DNA from: a virus | Lineage: Duplodnaviria > Caudoviricetes | Virus record (IMG/VR): IMGVR_UViG_3300025389_000014 | Location: 48,190-112,189 of that record | Strand: one strand, 5' to 3' | DNA length: 64,000 bases | Shown here: positions 10,701-19,939 of the stretch, in pieces | Position numbering within the stretch: the first letter of the stretch is position 1 | Layout of the letters: each line of letters opens with the position of its first letter | Position numbers and translations under genes: made by a program | Notes under the pieces: generated by a model | The model's input: the letters and a program-made list of their open reading frames with translations, nothing else | The model's database searches: none | Told to the model about the DNA's origin: nothing

Positions 10701-12963
10701 GTCCTGCGGTGTTGCCTCGCAGTATGCTCAATATGAGATCAAATTCTGTACCAATGATCGATACTTCGGCTGACGTAGCATGATTGCTGGCAGTGGTTTG
10801 TACGCCGCTGGTATATCTAGAGATGCCTACCAATGCATCTGTGGATGTGGTGATGTTCTGTACTACCTTCAGGCTGAGATCTTTTAGATAAGAGATGGCA
10901 GCTATGGTAGCTGTTATCTCAGCTGGTATAGAACCTGTATAGGTGTTTTGGCTGTAATACTGTAGTCCTGCAAACGTACTCTGACTACTGGTAGAAAATA
11001 ACAGGTCGCTGGCCACGCTGTCGATGATGATTCTAGTATCTCTACGGCACTTGATCTGATTGTAGGGCAGAGCTTTTGGAGGCACACAGAGATTGTAGTT
11101 GATATAGTTGACCACATTTTCCTGTATGAAGCTTCTATTGGCCTGCATGAGTATTTCGGCACTGACAAATGCTGAATCTGGTCCAGCACTGTTATAGAGA
11201 CTAGGAGCAGAATCAGGACCATGCAGTATGATTCCTGTGGTTATGTCAAATAGTTTACGCACACTGGCCGTGCTGATCGAACCATCAGTTAACACAGTGT
11301 TGATAACCTGTGAGGCTGCGGGTATGCTGGCAGGAGGTGCTAGAACTGTACACACAGAGTTAGTTACGATTTTCTGGCTCAGTGTGCTGAGATAATTGAT
11401 GGCTGCTACAGTCTGCGCTTCTTGTCCAGCTATCACGCTGGTCACTCCGCGATAGTAGGCCCGTCCGCTTTCTATGCTTTTTTCATTTCCACCAAAGGCC
11501 ATGTCATAGGCCATGTTTTCTATCAGTATGCCTGTGTCTCTATAGCATAGCTGTTGATTATAGTCGAATCCAGGAAAAGTTGCGTTGACATAGGCCACAA
11601 CCTGTGCCTGTAGGAATGGCTTGTTGGCCAACAGGAGCGTGCGAGCATTGAAGAAACCTTGATTGTGCTGTCCGGCGTTGATGCTCTGTCCTAATGATAC
11701 AGTTCCGGTAGTGACCGAGATCACTATGCTGGTTGTGTTCACATCCCAGGTTCCTACTCCTATGGCAGCAGGTACCTGCACTGTCTGGTCTGGAACGAAC
11801 ATGGTTCCGTCTACCAACCAAGGACCACTCTGATTAGTAACATTCTGTACATAGGGGCTGTGGAATAGATCTATGCGATCCGCACCTGACTGTGGAGGAA
11901 ATGCTGTGGCATAGGCTCCTCTGTTGTAGCCTGGAGCATAGTTTCCAGGTAATAGTCCACTGCGACCATTGAGGAAGGTCATGTAGTTTAGATAGCAACC
12001 ACTCTGTAAGTGGAATAGATCCTGTGTCTTGTTTATGGGTTCGATGAATGTGGTACGTATGTCACTGCCTTTGACACTGGTATAGGGTTTTAACAGTAGA
12101 GGATTATTTTCTAAATAGTGTCCGGCTGATACCTGTATCTGTGTGCCTGGTTGATAATAAGGTGATTTTAGAGCACCGCCTATGGTACGGCAGGCACGGC
12201 TGGCATCCTGCGCACGACCATCGTTGGTATCGTCTCCGTCTACTGTGACGTATAAGACGTTGGTCACTTCTGGTGCTGTTCCTATAGGATTAACACCACG
12301 CACACGTATGTCGCCTACTATTTCTGTTAGCCCAGACGCGGGCTGTATGCTCACTGGACCTTGTTGGCTACGTATGAACTTGGTATAGAGGTTGTCCACG
12401 TACTCATTGCCACCTATCCATACATCACCCAATATACCTGCTCCACCTGTGACTGTAAAAGCACCTGTGGTTGGGCTGGTAGATGAAGCTGTGCTGGCCA
12501 CACTGATCTGATCCAACAGGAGTTTACCTGTGTATGGATCGTAGCGCAGTCCACCGGAGGCATAGTCCGAAGTGTTGTCTCCATAGATCATACCACCATT
12601 GGCACCGAGATTATCTATGAAGAGAGGATAGAAATAGGCATCCACATTGGTAGCTGTGACTGTCATAGCCATGGATGTGTTGGACACGGCCACACGACCG
12701 TAGATAAATCCACCTACGTTTAGGTCTTGCTCAATACCTACACCGCCGGCAAAATAGGCCGCGCCTGTCTGTCTTTCAGCTGTGTTTCCAAATATATTAT
12801 TTGGATCATAGGGGACATTATTGGGATTCCCAACATTGGCCACGCTGTTACCTGTTACTTGACCACTGGCCGTAGTGATCAGATTTATATTACCGCCGGG
12901 TGCCGATATGGTCTGATCACCGTTGGGTGTAATATTCTTGGTTCCGGTAATGCGTTGGGTCAT
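7741..12963 (-). CDS. Large spike/fibre protein (1740 aa): beta-helix-like scaffold carrying five helical CxRD repeats (phycobiliprotein/globin-like)
   Basis: YVTVDGDDTNDG...TIGGAL...I.VSAGHYLE...SVKG is a typical pectin-lyase-like beta-helix start. Repeats read A..L.AN..F...V..Y...CxRD...I......D...GGN. Has an RBS and a TAAATA at 12980-12985. Confidence 0.7.
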   Translation of the reverse strand: MTQRITGTKNITPNGDQTISAPGGNINLITTASGQVTGNSVANVGNPNNVPYDPNNIFGNTAERQTGAAYFAGGVGIEQDLNVGGFIYGRVAVSNTSMAMTVTATNVDAYFYPLFIDNLGANGGMIYGDNTSDYASGGLRYDPYTGKLLLDQISVASTASSTSPTTGAFTVTGGAGILGDVWIGGNEYVDNLYTKFIRSQQGPVSIQPASGLTEIVGDIRVRGVNPIGTAPEVTNVLYVTVDGDDTNDGRAQDASRACRTIGGALKSPYYQPGTQIQVSAGHYLENNPLLLKPYTSVKGSDIRTTFIEPINKTQDLFHLQSGCYLNYMTFLNGRSGLLPGNYAPGYNRGAYATAFPPQSGADRIDLFHSPYVQNVTNQSGPWLVDGTMFVPDQTVQVPAAIGVGTWDVNTTSIVISVTTGTVSLGQSINAGQHNQGFFNARTLLLANKPFLQAQVVAYVNATFPGFDYNQQLCYRDTGILIENMAYDMAFGGNEKSIESGRAYYRGVTSVIAGQEAQTVAAINYLSTLSQKIVTNSVCTVLAPPASIPAASQVINTVLTDGSISTASVRKLFDITTGIILHGPDSAPSLYNSAGPDSAFVSAEILMQANRSFIQENVVNYINYNLCVPPKALPYNQIKCRRDTRIIIDSVASDLLFSTSSQSTFAGLQYYSQNTYTGSIPAEITATIAAISYLKDLSLKVVQNITTSTDALVGISRYTSGVQTTASNHATSAEVSIIGTEFDLILSILRGNTAGLTDMVIPNGSASDLPSVRNTVNLLLANTGYLALEVVASVLSDFPSLSFDASKCARDVGYIVESVAFDLLYGGNRQAIQSGLSYYANTNNDTVIPNEIPATVDAFTFIGSVARALIQGNDYQPLQRSIKPVLGLPVGAGGDADMVASYLGIITNIIGNGPGVAGPLSPMPITPSSSASTVNAWNILKANREFIAAEVIAHLDQTYNPGSFNYDQDKCYRDTGLIIDAVSQDILLGGNQKSLEAGNSYWNAGYNYIAGQESTTTQALNYARDIALQIIANTPVTPVTGTVATQVINPFFDGGNAYMPQEAIQRNFKIITDIISNGPEQAPPPYAGGGLFSLTGLNGSDVKIAPTVTAINTNTDGTITVGLSTATVGFGTNATLYFGNIYVFPLQDGQVEDLSYQYTGSRNTWNQRKVDKFGSMGGSLVDGAVISDRSPIQSFVYDAYTQVNQGGYGVHITNNGYAQLVSVFTIFCSVGVQCDNGGKASIVNSNANFGDLCLVAKGYGPRDFSGTVFNPVNRAYPFNAELDPYYPNGYFPGSGGLVEVFVPDTSNRPHIGQVMEIIPPETYVNNQGFNGFLNAQPSTSTLTTGTIELVNIDTTDVYIGNTVYIRDQFGSEKDANGIYYIPPGTTVSDVNYNSISLTQALTSGGGDPTNNTYFTLYFCGHAYYTVQTSSVAVQPYAPGQNILSANTNPQYQGPSINQISAHIVSIEYLKTAVDAVIANTAPVGGWLTSGQFINLNVTGGSGAQSFIDLRFNYMTSIIGAANLAAAQSVVPSGLITTSGTIPSGAGSAVTLIKANIDFLANEIVAYVNQNYASILAGSMSDSQTAKCARDVKLILQQLLYDLESGGNYNSVYSGLSYWSRPGTYHVVELGEAVTDTSLFPDGSTVNFYERSYISASGYVFEYVGAGSNYGALPQRGIADPIQGHETISLNSGKVFFTSTDQNGDFRIGTGLVISQATGVLSGRTFVQSLYANMTPFILAIE

Positions 12964-12990
12964 ATTGAATCCTTTAGAGTATTTATCGGT

Positions 12991-13485
12991 TTAATAGATT
13001 TGCAGTTCCACCACGTCCAGTATAGCACTATCCTTGTGAGGCCAATGTGGATGGCTCTGGAAACGCAACAGGACTCCAAATGTAGGGTCTTGTAGATCCC
13101 CCACTGCGAGCTGTGTTGACCATAGATCAGTTTCTCCGCCATAGATCTTGACCGGACTGAGGTCCATGTCTGCACGATTTTTTCCTATAGGTTCTCCAGC
13201 TAGACATAGCTGTAGAGTTTCGTCTGTGATCCTACCTCGACGATTGGCCGCAACACGGACAGCTATTCCTGTGAGCACTTCGGGTAATCCAACGAAACGG
13301 AAATCTGTAAGATGCAGATACCAGGTGCGATCTGTGTCGTCTAGTTTGGGACTGCGTGCTATATGTGATAGATCTCGTTGGCTTCGAGTAGGGAACGATT
13401 CGGGTGATCGCCACGCGATATGTACTGAATCAGCTCCGGGTTCTGCATATTGTAAAATAGATGATGGGGGTGTCCATGGGGTCAT
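12991..13485 (-). CDS. Hypothetical virion-associated protein (164 aa)
   Basis: Clean ORF within the structural cluster, with TAAATA (13491-13496) 5 nt before the ATG. Confidence 0.65.
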   Translation of the reverse strand: MTPWTPPSSILQYAEPGADSVHIAWRSPESFPTRSQRDLSHIARSPKLDDTDRTWYLHLTDFRFVGLPEVLTGIAVRVAANRRGRITDETLQLCLAGEPIGKNRADMDLSPVKIYGGETDLWSTQLAVGDLQDPTFGVLLRFQSHPHWPHKDSAILDVVELQIY

Positions 13486-13503
13486 ACCAGTATTTACCTA
13501 AAA

Positions 13504-13529
13504 GAAAAGGACCCCTGAGGATCCTTTTC
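13504..13529 (-). terminator. Rho-independent terminator
   Basis: Minus strand GAAAAGGATCCTCAGGGGTCCTTTTCTTTT after the stop of 13547..14809. Confidence 0.7.
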
Positions 13530-13546
13530 AACAACGCCAATAGCTA

Positions 13547-14809
13547 TTAGGCGTTTTCGATCTTAACCAGACCCAACTGATGATTTGGATTACCTGGAGC
13601 AACTGCATCTCCAAATGTCCAACCAATGCGTTGTGGCTCTGTGCCGTTGATCAATGGATACTGCGGAGTACCATCACCTTTAGGCCATATTACAGCTCTG
13701 CGAGAAGTAAGTTTGGTTACCCAATAGTGAGCGCCGCTTTGATCTGTAGCAGTGATATAGGCCTGCTTGACTGCAGGAGAATCGCTAGCTACCAACTTGC
13801 AGACAGCTACTCCATCAGCTGTGCGTGTCTTGTAACGATGTGAACCTGTCTGCTTCTGGATGTCACCGATCTTCGTGCCTGCACCTGTGGTATTGGCATG
13901 GATGATTATGGCATTGTCCTGATTGCTAGCAACGTTGAGGTTAGTACCTGCACCACGACCACCCGAATCTGTGGTTAATACCAAGGTACCAGAGGCTGTT
14001 ACTTCACCACCACCCGATGTTGATGTAAACACGATGGTTTCAGTGCCGATATAGCCCGAACCCTTCTGTGTCACATCCAGGTGATCTGGAGAGAAACCAA
14101 CGTTCAATGCGGCGCCTGTTCCATGTCCACCTGTTGTTACGTTAGATGCACCATATAAGTATGTTGTACCATAGGCATAGTCAACTGGAGTACCTGGAGG
14201 TTTCACCAATGTTTTGATACGCCATACTAGGTTCCACTGTGCGCCGTGTCCGCCTAGTCCTGAAGGGCTTTGAGCACCTGTGGCTGCCGGAGGCGCGCCT
14301 GTTGTGGTCCATGAACCACGACTTGCGCCACCTTCTGTGAAGTTGTAGGCACCACTTGGTACACCGCTGCCGTTGACACCGTCTAGATTGATATTGATAC
14401 CATTAGCATAGGGAATTGTATCGTTGCCACCGTAAGCAGTACCTTGGTGTGCTGGGTCTAATGAAGCGGTGTATACTTCTAATTCTGTTACTCGCCAAGT
14501 AGAACCATTGGCATCAGTGATTATGTCACCAACCCAGTAGTTGATACCGTCTGCGGCTGGACTGGCGCTCTGGGCTAGAGAGTGAACAACTCCCGCAGCC
14601 TGCACACCACCGGGAATTGCGGGTGCGCCGAATGTTGCGATAGTTGGTAGACGATTGATATAGTTACCAGCTGTTGAAATTGCGATATTGGCGATGCCTT
14701 CGCCGCCGATGCCATCATCACCACCTGTGTTGCCACCCGGTGCTGGTGTATAGCCGTTGGTTCCGATATTGAAGTTACCGAAATACTTTTTGTTTAATGG
14801 ACGTCCCAT
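13547..14809 (-). CDS. Gly-rich virion structural protein (420 aa, MGRPLNKKYFG...)
   Basis: Strong AAGGAGA RBS, own late promoter and own terminator; contains G.GY beta-rich modules. Confidence 0.7.
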   Translation of the reverse strand: MGRPLNKKYFGNFNIGTNGYTPAPGGNTGGDDGIGGEGIANIAISTAGNYINRLPTIATFGAPAIPGGVQAAGVVHSLAQSASPAADGINYWVGDIITDANGSTWRVTELEVYTASLDPAHQGTAYGGNDTIPYANGININLDGVNGSGVPSGAYNFTEGGASRGSWTTTGAPPAATGAQSPSGLGGHGAQWNLVWRIKTLVKPPGTPVDYAYGTTYLYGASNVTTGGHGTGAALNVGFSPDHLDVTQKGSGYIGTETIVFTSTSGGGEVTASGTLVLTTDSGGRGAGTNLNVASNQDNAIIIHANTTGAGTKIGDIQKQTGSHRYKTRTADGVAVCKLVASDSPAVKQAYITATDQSGAHYWVTKLTSRRAVIWPKGDGTPQYPLINGTEPQRIGWTFGDAVAPGNPNHQLGLVKIENA

Positions 14810-14828
14810 TTTGTTTCTCCTTTGGTTA

Positions 14829-14883
14829 GCGTTCTAGGCCTACGCGGCGGGTTTCCGCATAAACTCTCTTTAAGAGCGAACAT
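14829..14883 (-). promoter_or_regulatory. Candidate structured 5' leader RNA (multi-stem junction)
   Basis: Lies between TAAATA (14887-14892) and the RBS: outer stem TGTTC/GAACG, hairpin CTCT-TAA-AGAG and hairpin TATGCGG-AAACCCG-CCGCGTA. Confidence 0.5.
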
Positions 14884-14896
14884 GACTATTTAGCGG

Positions 14897-15082
14897 TTAA
14901 TCTTGGAAATATTCAAACCCGCTAGCAACTACTCGAATTGATCCGTCTTTCATAGTAAGTAGATATTCAGTACGATCTGCACTTAAACTGACTCTGGCAT
15001 AGTCGTCAGGCCCAATGCCAGATTGAGTTAGAGTCGTATAGAGTGCTTCTTGCATCATTTTTTCATATTGTCTTGAGTTCAT
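14897..15082 (-). CDS. Hypothetical protein (61 aa)
   Basis: Start overlaps the upstream stop (TAATG), with AGGA upstream. Confidence 0.55.
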   Translation of the reverse strand: MNSRQYEKMMQEALYTTLTQSGIGPDDYARVSLSADRTEYLLTMKDGSIRVVASGFEYFQD

Positions 15083-15879
15083 TATTGTTTTCCTTTACAA
15101 TTTGTTCCGTGCCAGCGTTTATACATACCTATACTGGATTCTTTACCACAGTGCTCGCAGGTCTTCTTCATCTGGCTAGGGTGACGTCCTTCTGCTAGTC
15201 GTTTGGCATTGCTGTCTGATCCCACGAAGTTGTGTGTGCCTTCGGCGATACGGCGGTTGTTGAGATCAGGTCCTTGGAAGTTATGTCGACCTTCTGCTAC
15301 CAGTTTCTTGTTGAGGGCACCGTTGGCATTAGGTGCGTTGCCATTCTGCCAATGATGTATACCTTGCTCACTGCGCCATTTACTAGGATTGTTGGTTTGG
15401 AATATGTTGCGACCTCTAGCGGTAGCTAATCTAGAATTTCTGCCATCAAGATTGGGATTATTTTCAACAAACTGTTTCTTTGCTTCTGGATTTTTATTCA
15501 TCCAATGAGCATCACCGGAAAACTTCTCTCTATATTTTTCTGGATCTTTATGAGACCAATGATTATCACCGCTGAGTTTTTTAGCAACCTCCGGACGCTT
15601 CATGGGATTATTATCTGTATCGAATCCAATAGGATCCGGTGTTCTGTTCATACAATCGGGCTTACCATAGTGTTCGATAAGATAATTTTTCTCTAAAATC
15701 TTTAATGAGTCTGCATCGTCGGCATATTCCAGTATTTCTCTAGTAAGTGAGGATTTATCTTTAATAGACCTAGGCCATTTTCCAGAACCTATATATCCGT
15801 CATCTATATTATCAGTGCTGTGTCTACCAATATAGTACTTGCCGTTCTTGTGAGTTGTCTTATATATAAAATGTTTCAT
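15082..15879 (-). mobile_element. Free-standing GIY-YIG (Seg-like) homing endonuclease; start revised to MKHFIYKTT
   Basis: FIYKTT...YYIGRHST.NIDDGYIGSG...REILE GIY-YIG signature, repeated NUMOD-like G.HN/HW units and a C-terminal CEHC...HGTNC Zn finger. Sits right after the gp23 terminator. Confidence 0.85.
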
Positions 15880-15928
15880 ATGTTTATTTAGCGTAGTCTG
15901 ACGCATTACATAGATAATCTGGCCAACA

Positions 15929-15952
15929 AAAAAGCACCCGAAGGTGCTTTTT
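15929..15952 (-). terminator. Rho-independent terminator of the capsid gene (UUCG loop)
   Basis: Minus strand AAAAAGCACC-TTCG-GGTGCTTTTTT. Confidence 0.9.
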
Positions 15953-15975
15953 GTTTGTTGCTGTATTGCTTTGGA

Positions 15976-17151
15976 TTACTTGAATGAAACGTTTGCGGAA
16001 GTTATTCCCACTTTTCCCAAATAATCTGCGGCATTCCCAAGCGAACTGGCCGTGTTGCTCAATTCGACGTAACCATAGCGAGTTAAGAAACCAACTACTG
16101 GTTCAAAAGTAGCCGGATCAAGTACAACACCAGAACTCATTAACGGAATATAAGGGCAATAGAACGCGGCAGCATCTGCCTCGCTAGAACCTTTGTAACC
16201 GATGAGGACTTGGTTGTTGTCATCTGTATCACTCTTGTATGCGTCAACATAGATTCTCATAGCGCCATTCAATGTACCAACAAACTTAGTGTTTGTAGGA
16301 GCTTCAAATGTGCCTTCTGTTGTACGAGCAAATGCGCTTGTAGTAGCACTTTGTAGAATTGTTAGAGCTTGGTTACTAACAACAGCCCAGTTACCAGCAC
16401 CACGACGTGTACGCTGAGCAATTAAGTTGCTTACACGGTTGATCTGGATAGCCAGTGCGGCATGCTCGTCACCAACGAATGTTGCTGTACCAGAAACTAA
16501 TGACTGGTCATATGTTTCTTCTACTGAAGCCAAGCTACGTAGGCTTGCTAGGATCTCTTGATCGATCTCAGCTGTGATTTCCTGTGCTAGTGCGGCCATG
16601 ATTTCAGCTTCGATGTCAATACCCTGTTGTGCCTGTGCATCTTGTGCAGCCTCGAATGTCCAGCGTGCGCTTAGTTTACGGCTCTTAGCTTCTACTGGGC
16701 TCTTCAAGATCTGGATGCTCATGCGCTTACCAGGTGTGCCTTCTAGGGCCGCTGTTGAATTAGCCTTAGGATAAGCATCTGTATTGTTACCACTGTAAGC
16801 AGCCGCAATCTTGAATGGGCTTAGTGCCTCATCACCTGCGTTGACGTTGTCGCCACTATCAGCATAACGTACACGTAGAGTGTGGATCTGTCCAACTGGA
16901 CCTGTCATTGGCTGTACGCCGATGATTTCGTTTGCAATAACTGTAGGCATCACACGACGGATCACTGGAAGAATAACACGGTTAAGTGTTGCTACGTTAC
17001 CAGCTGATGTCGCACCTGCTGTTGCGCTCTCTGTCAAGCTACGACGAGTATTCTCTAAGCATACTGCCATGGCAGCACGGCGATTACCCTGTAGGCCTTC
17101 AAGCAGAGCTTCTTTGGTCTCTGACCATCTTTCATTTAATAACTGTGACAT
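15976..17151 (-). CDS. gp23: Major capsid protein, T4 gp23-like
   Basis: RRVMPTVIANEIIGVQPMTGPVGQI, KSRKLSARWTFEAAQD, GYKG...AFYCPYIPL and F.PVVGFLTRYG motifs. Confidence 0.97.
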   Translation of the reverse strand: MSQLLNERWSETKEALLEGLQGNRRAAMAVCLENTRRSLTESATAGATSAGNVATLNRVILPVIRRVMPTVIANEIIGVQPMTGPVGQIHTLRVRYADSGDNVNAGDEALSPFKIAAAYSGNNTDAYPKANSTAALEGTPGKRMSIQILKSPVEAKSRKLSARWTFEAAQDAQAQQGIDIEAEIMAALAQEITAEIDQEILASLRSLASVEETYDQSLVSGTATFVGDEHAALAIQINRVSNLIAQRTRRGAGNWAVVSNQALTILQSATTSAFARTTEGTFEAPTNTKFVGTLNGAMRIYVDAYKSDTDDNNQVLIGYKGSSEADAAAFYCPYIPLMSSGVVLDPATFEPVVGFLTRYGYVELSNTASSLGNAADYLGKVGITSANVSFK

Positions 17152-17170
17152 TTATGTCTCCTTGAATAAA

Positions 17171-18256
17171 TTATTTCAGACCCGCTAGTTTGCGGATATC
17201 CAAAATATTGTCTAAGCCTACCTCTGGCTTGGCTTCGCGATTACCTGTTACTGCTGTTGACTCTGTTAGAGCAACTTTAGTTGTACGGGTCGGTTGTCCT
17301 TCCATCACTGCTGGTAGGTATTTCTCGAAAGCACTAGAAAGCTTTGGGGTCTGTACAGACTCTAGTAGCTCTTTCATGATTTCACGCTTGCTAGCATCCA
17401 ACGGTGCTAGTAATTCTGCCATAGCATTTTTACGCTCCATTAAATCTCGAGTAACACGGATTTCGCGTTCTTTGGATTCAACTAATTGTGCTTTTTCTGC
17501 TACAACCTGTTTCGCTTCGGATAATTCTTGATCTTTCTTCTGGATGATCTTCAACAGTTTTGATGTCTCAGATTTCTCGTTTAGGTAAGAACTTGAATAC
17601 TCTTGGGCGAATGCTTCATAGATACGGCGACCAAAATCGTTAGTACGAGCACTGTCAATATCTTCTTTCAACTGACGGATTTCAGATGTTAACTTGGTAG
17701 TGATCGTGTTTTCTACGACTTGGCTTGCACGCTTTACAAAGCGATTTTTGATATCTTCGAACTTGCTCTTGGCTTCACGGACTAACTTGACTTTCGTCTC
17801 GGCTAGATCCTGCTTATCAATGGCAAACTCGCGGATTTCTTTGGCTAGACTGTGTACTACAAAATCCTCTAGCTTGGCGAAGTTCTCGGCGACTTTTTGA
17901 CGATCTCCTTGGAACTCTGCTAACTCTTTTTGTAACTGCTTGACAACGAAACCTTCTAGTACCTTGGCATCGCTGGTCATCTTTTCGTGATAACGAGCTT
18001 TGGCCTCGGCTAGAGCAGTTTTGTCTTCGTGCAGTTCACTGATTTCTGCGGCTAGTCTGTCGCTTAACATCTTGTCGATTGCCTCAACCATGATCTGTTT
18101 ATCATGATTATACTTCTGAGCAAATTCTTCGCGAAGTTCAGCTGTGACTTGGTCGCGATTCTCTTGAATCTTTTCAGCAAAGGCAGATTCGATAACAGAT
18201 TTTGTTTCTTCTGTCATTACACCTGACTCTACTAACTGTTTGAATGCGTCCAACAT
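17171..18256 (-). CDS. gp22: Prohead scaffold/core protein, gp22-like
   Basis: Coiled-coil Glu/Lys-rich 361 aa protein between the protease and capsid genes. Confidence 0.85.
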   Translation of the reverse strand: MLDAFKQLVESGVMTEETKSVIESAFAEKIQENRDQVTAELREEFAQKYNHDKQIMVEAIDKMLSDRLAAEISELHEDKTALAEAKARYHEKMTSDAKVLEGFVVKQLQKELAEFQGDRQKVAENFAKLEDFVVHSLAKEIREFAIDKQDLAETKVKLVREAKSKFEDIKNRFVKRASQVVENTITTKLTSEIRQLKEDIDSARTNDFGRRIYEAFAQEYSSSYLNEKSETSKLLKIIQKKDQELSEAKQVVAEKAQLVESKEREIRVTRDLMERKNAMAELLAPLDASKREIMKELLESVQTPKLSSAFEKYLPAVMEGQPTRTTKVALTESTAVTGNREAKPEVGLDNILDIRKLAGLK

Positions 18257-18272
18257 ATATTTCTCCTCGGGC

Positions 18273-18902
18273 TTATTTTAGACCTTTGATAACCTGAAGT
18301 ACTGCTTCTTTCAGGTATTTCTGGGCCTTTGGATCTTCTTTTACTTCTTGTGCAACCTTAAACGCTCTTGCTCCGCCACGGGCATTCATTAAATGCTCAT
18401 AGACAGGAGTAGGATACGCACCAGGTGCACTGGGTTGAGCAACTACGTCCACTGTGATTATCTCAAAATCAGATACATGGCCGTTCATGTCGTTGACATT
18501 GCCACTACCACGAGAACTTACGCCAAGTTTTACTCCGCTTTCAAGCATAGTACGAACTAAGTTACCCATTGGCGTTGGAAGGATCTTCATCTTTCCATAA
18601 CCGTTCGGACCTTCCATCCACATCTGTGTTATCATATGGGACACACGATCCAAGTTTACTTTTAGGTCATCTGGATGATCAACTTCGCCTAGCACTGAGT
18701 AACCATTCTGTATCTGGTCGTTCAGTGTCTTCACAGCACGTTCAATTTCGTCTACAGGGTAGACACGTTGATTCGCGTTGCGGATCCCACCTTGGATGGC
18801 GATACCTTTTAGGTAAAGGCTCTTTCCATCCTTGTCGTCACTCTCGAGTATGACTCCAGCTTGATCGAAACTTAGGTGTTCACGTAGGTAGCTTAGTTGC
18901 AT
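18273..18902 (-). CDS. gp21: Prohead maturation protease, gp21-like
   Basis: RNANQRVYP, LGEVDHP, VSHMI, GVSSRGSG and DVVAQPSAPGAY motifs. Confidence 0.96.
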   Translation of the reverse strand: MQLSYLREHLSFDQAGVILESDDKDGKSLYLKGIAIQGGIRNANQRVYPVDEIERAVKTLNDQIQNGYSVLGEVDHPDDLKVNLDRVSHMITQMWMEGPNGYGKMKILPTPMGNLVRTMLESGVKLGVSSRGSGNVNDMNGHVSDFEIITVDVVAQPSAPGAYPTPVYEHLMNARGGARAFKVAQEVKEDPKAQKYLKEAVLQVIKGLK

Positions 18903-18915
18903 CCGGGTTCTCTAA

Positions 18916-19899
18916 TTATAGCTTTTTCAAGAAAGGCTTATCATGGCTTACAGATGTCTGACCTGCTAGTTCACCTGTCCCGCTGCCAACTGGCTTCGGA
19001 GCCTTGTTGTTGCTTGGATAACCACTACCTTGTTTGTTTAATGCGGCACCGTCTTTCATCTTAGCTGTTGAGCTACCTGCGATGTTCTTTTCAACACCTT
19101 TAGTATACTGCTCACTGCTTTCTGGATTGATACCTTTTGTTACTTTGTTAGGGCTTGTACCTGTGTTCTTTTGACCTTCTTCGCTGCCTTGTGCTAGATT
19201 TTTAGCATTTGCACCTGAAGTTGGCTTACCTGAACCAGAACTTATAGGGCTTTTACCTTCTGTTGGTGCTGGAAACTGCTCACCTGTATTAGCACCTAGG
19301 TATTGACCCTGTGTCTTCTGTGAGTTTTTATCCCAATCGTTGCCGACCTTTTCACGATACTCACGAGTGATACGACGGTTTTCCATTGGCATGCCTATCA
19401 TTTCATTTTCGTTGTCTTCTTCGCCTTCTTCGTCGTCAAACTCAGAATCCATATCCATGTCGCCATGCTCTGAACCTTGTGCTTGCTCTAGTTCTGCAAA
19501 GGCAGCTTCTAGTTCTTCGATAGCATTTTTGATGTCCATCATAGCAGAATCTTCGTCGCCTTCTTCGTCGCCGTGCTCTGCACCAACTTCCATACCTAGT
19601 GCGTCAGTTGGATCATGTTCGTCGCCACCCTGGAAGCCATCATCTTCCTCGTCCATTTCATAAGCATCTTCTAGCTCTTCTTCAGACTCGTCCATTTCTT
19701 CTTCCATAGACTCGTCCATTTCTTTGTCTTCGTCTTCCATAGACTCGTCCATTTCTTCATCGGCCATTTCTTCTTCGGCGATAAGGTTCTCGTAGATGCT
19801 TCGTGATTTTTCTACCACGATATCGTGGAAAAGCTCATTGGCTTTGTCCATTTCTTCATTAACTAGATAGTCTAGTAGTTGTTCAAACTTTGTTGACAT
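18916..19899 (-). CDS. Acidic prohead core protein (gp67/gp68 position); start revised to MSTKFEQLL
   Basis: AAGGAGA RBS before ATG 19899. Very acidic N-half with MDE repeats; located between portal and protease. Confidence 0.7.
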   Translation of the reverse strand: MSTKFEQLLDYLVNEEMDKANELFHDIVVEKSRSIYENLIAEEEMADEEMDESMEDEDKEMDESMEEEMDESEEELEDAYEMDEEDDGFQGGDEHDPTDALGMEVGAEHGDEEGDEDSAMMDIKNAIEELEAAFAELEQAQGSEHGDMDMDSEFDDEEGEEDNENEMIGMPMENRRITREYREKVGNDWDKNSQKTQGQYLGANTGEQFPAPTEGKSPISSGSGKPTSGANAKNLAQGSEEGQKNTGTSPNKVTKGINPESSEQYTKGVEKNIAGSSTAKMKDGAALNKQGSGYPSNNKAPKPVGSGTGELAGQTSVSHDKPFLKKL

Positions 19900-19939
19900 T
19901 GTAAAATTCTCCTTAATTGGTAGCGGCAAGGCTGTATTA

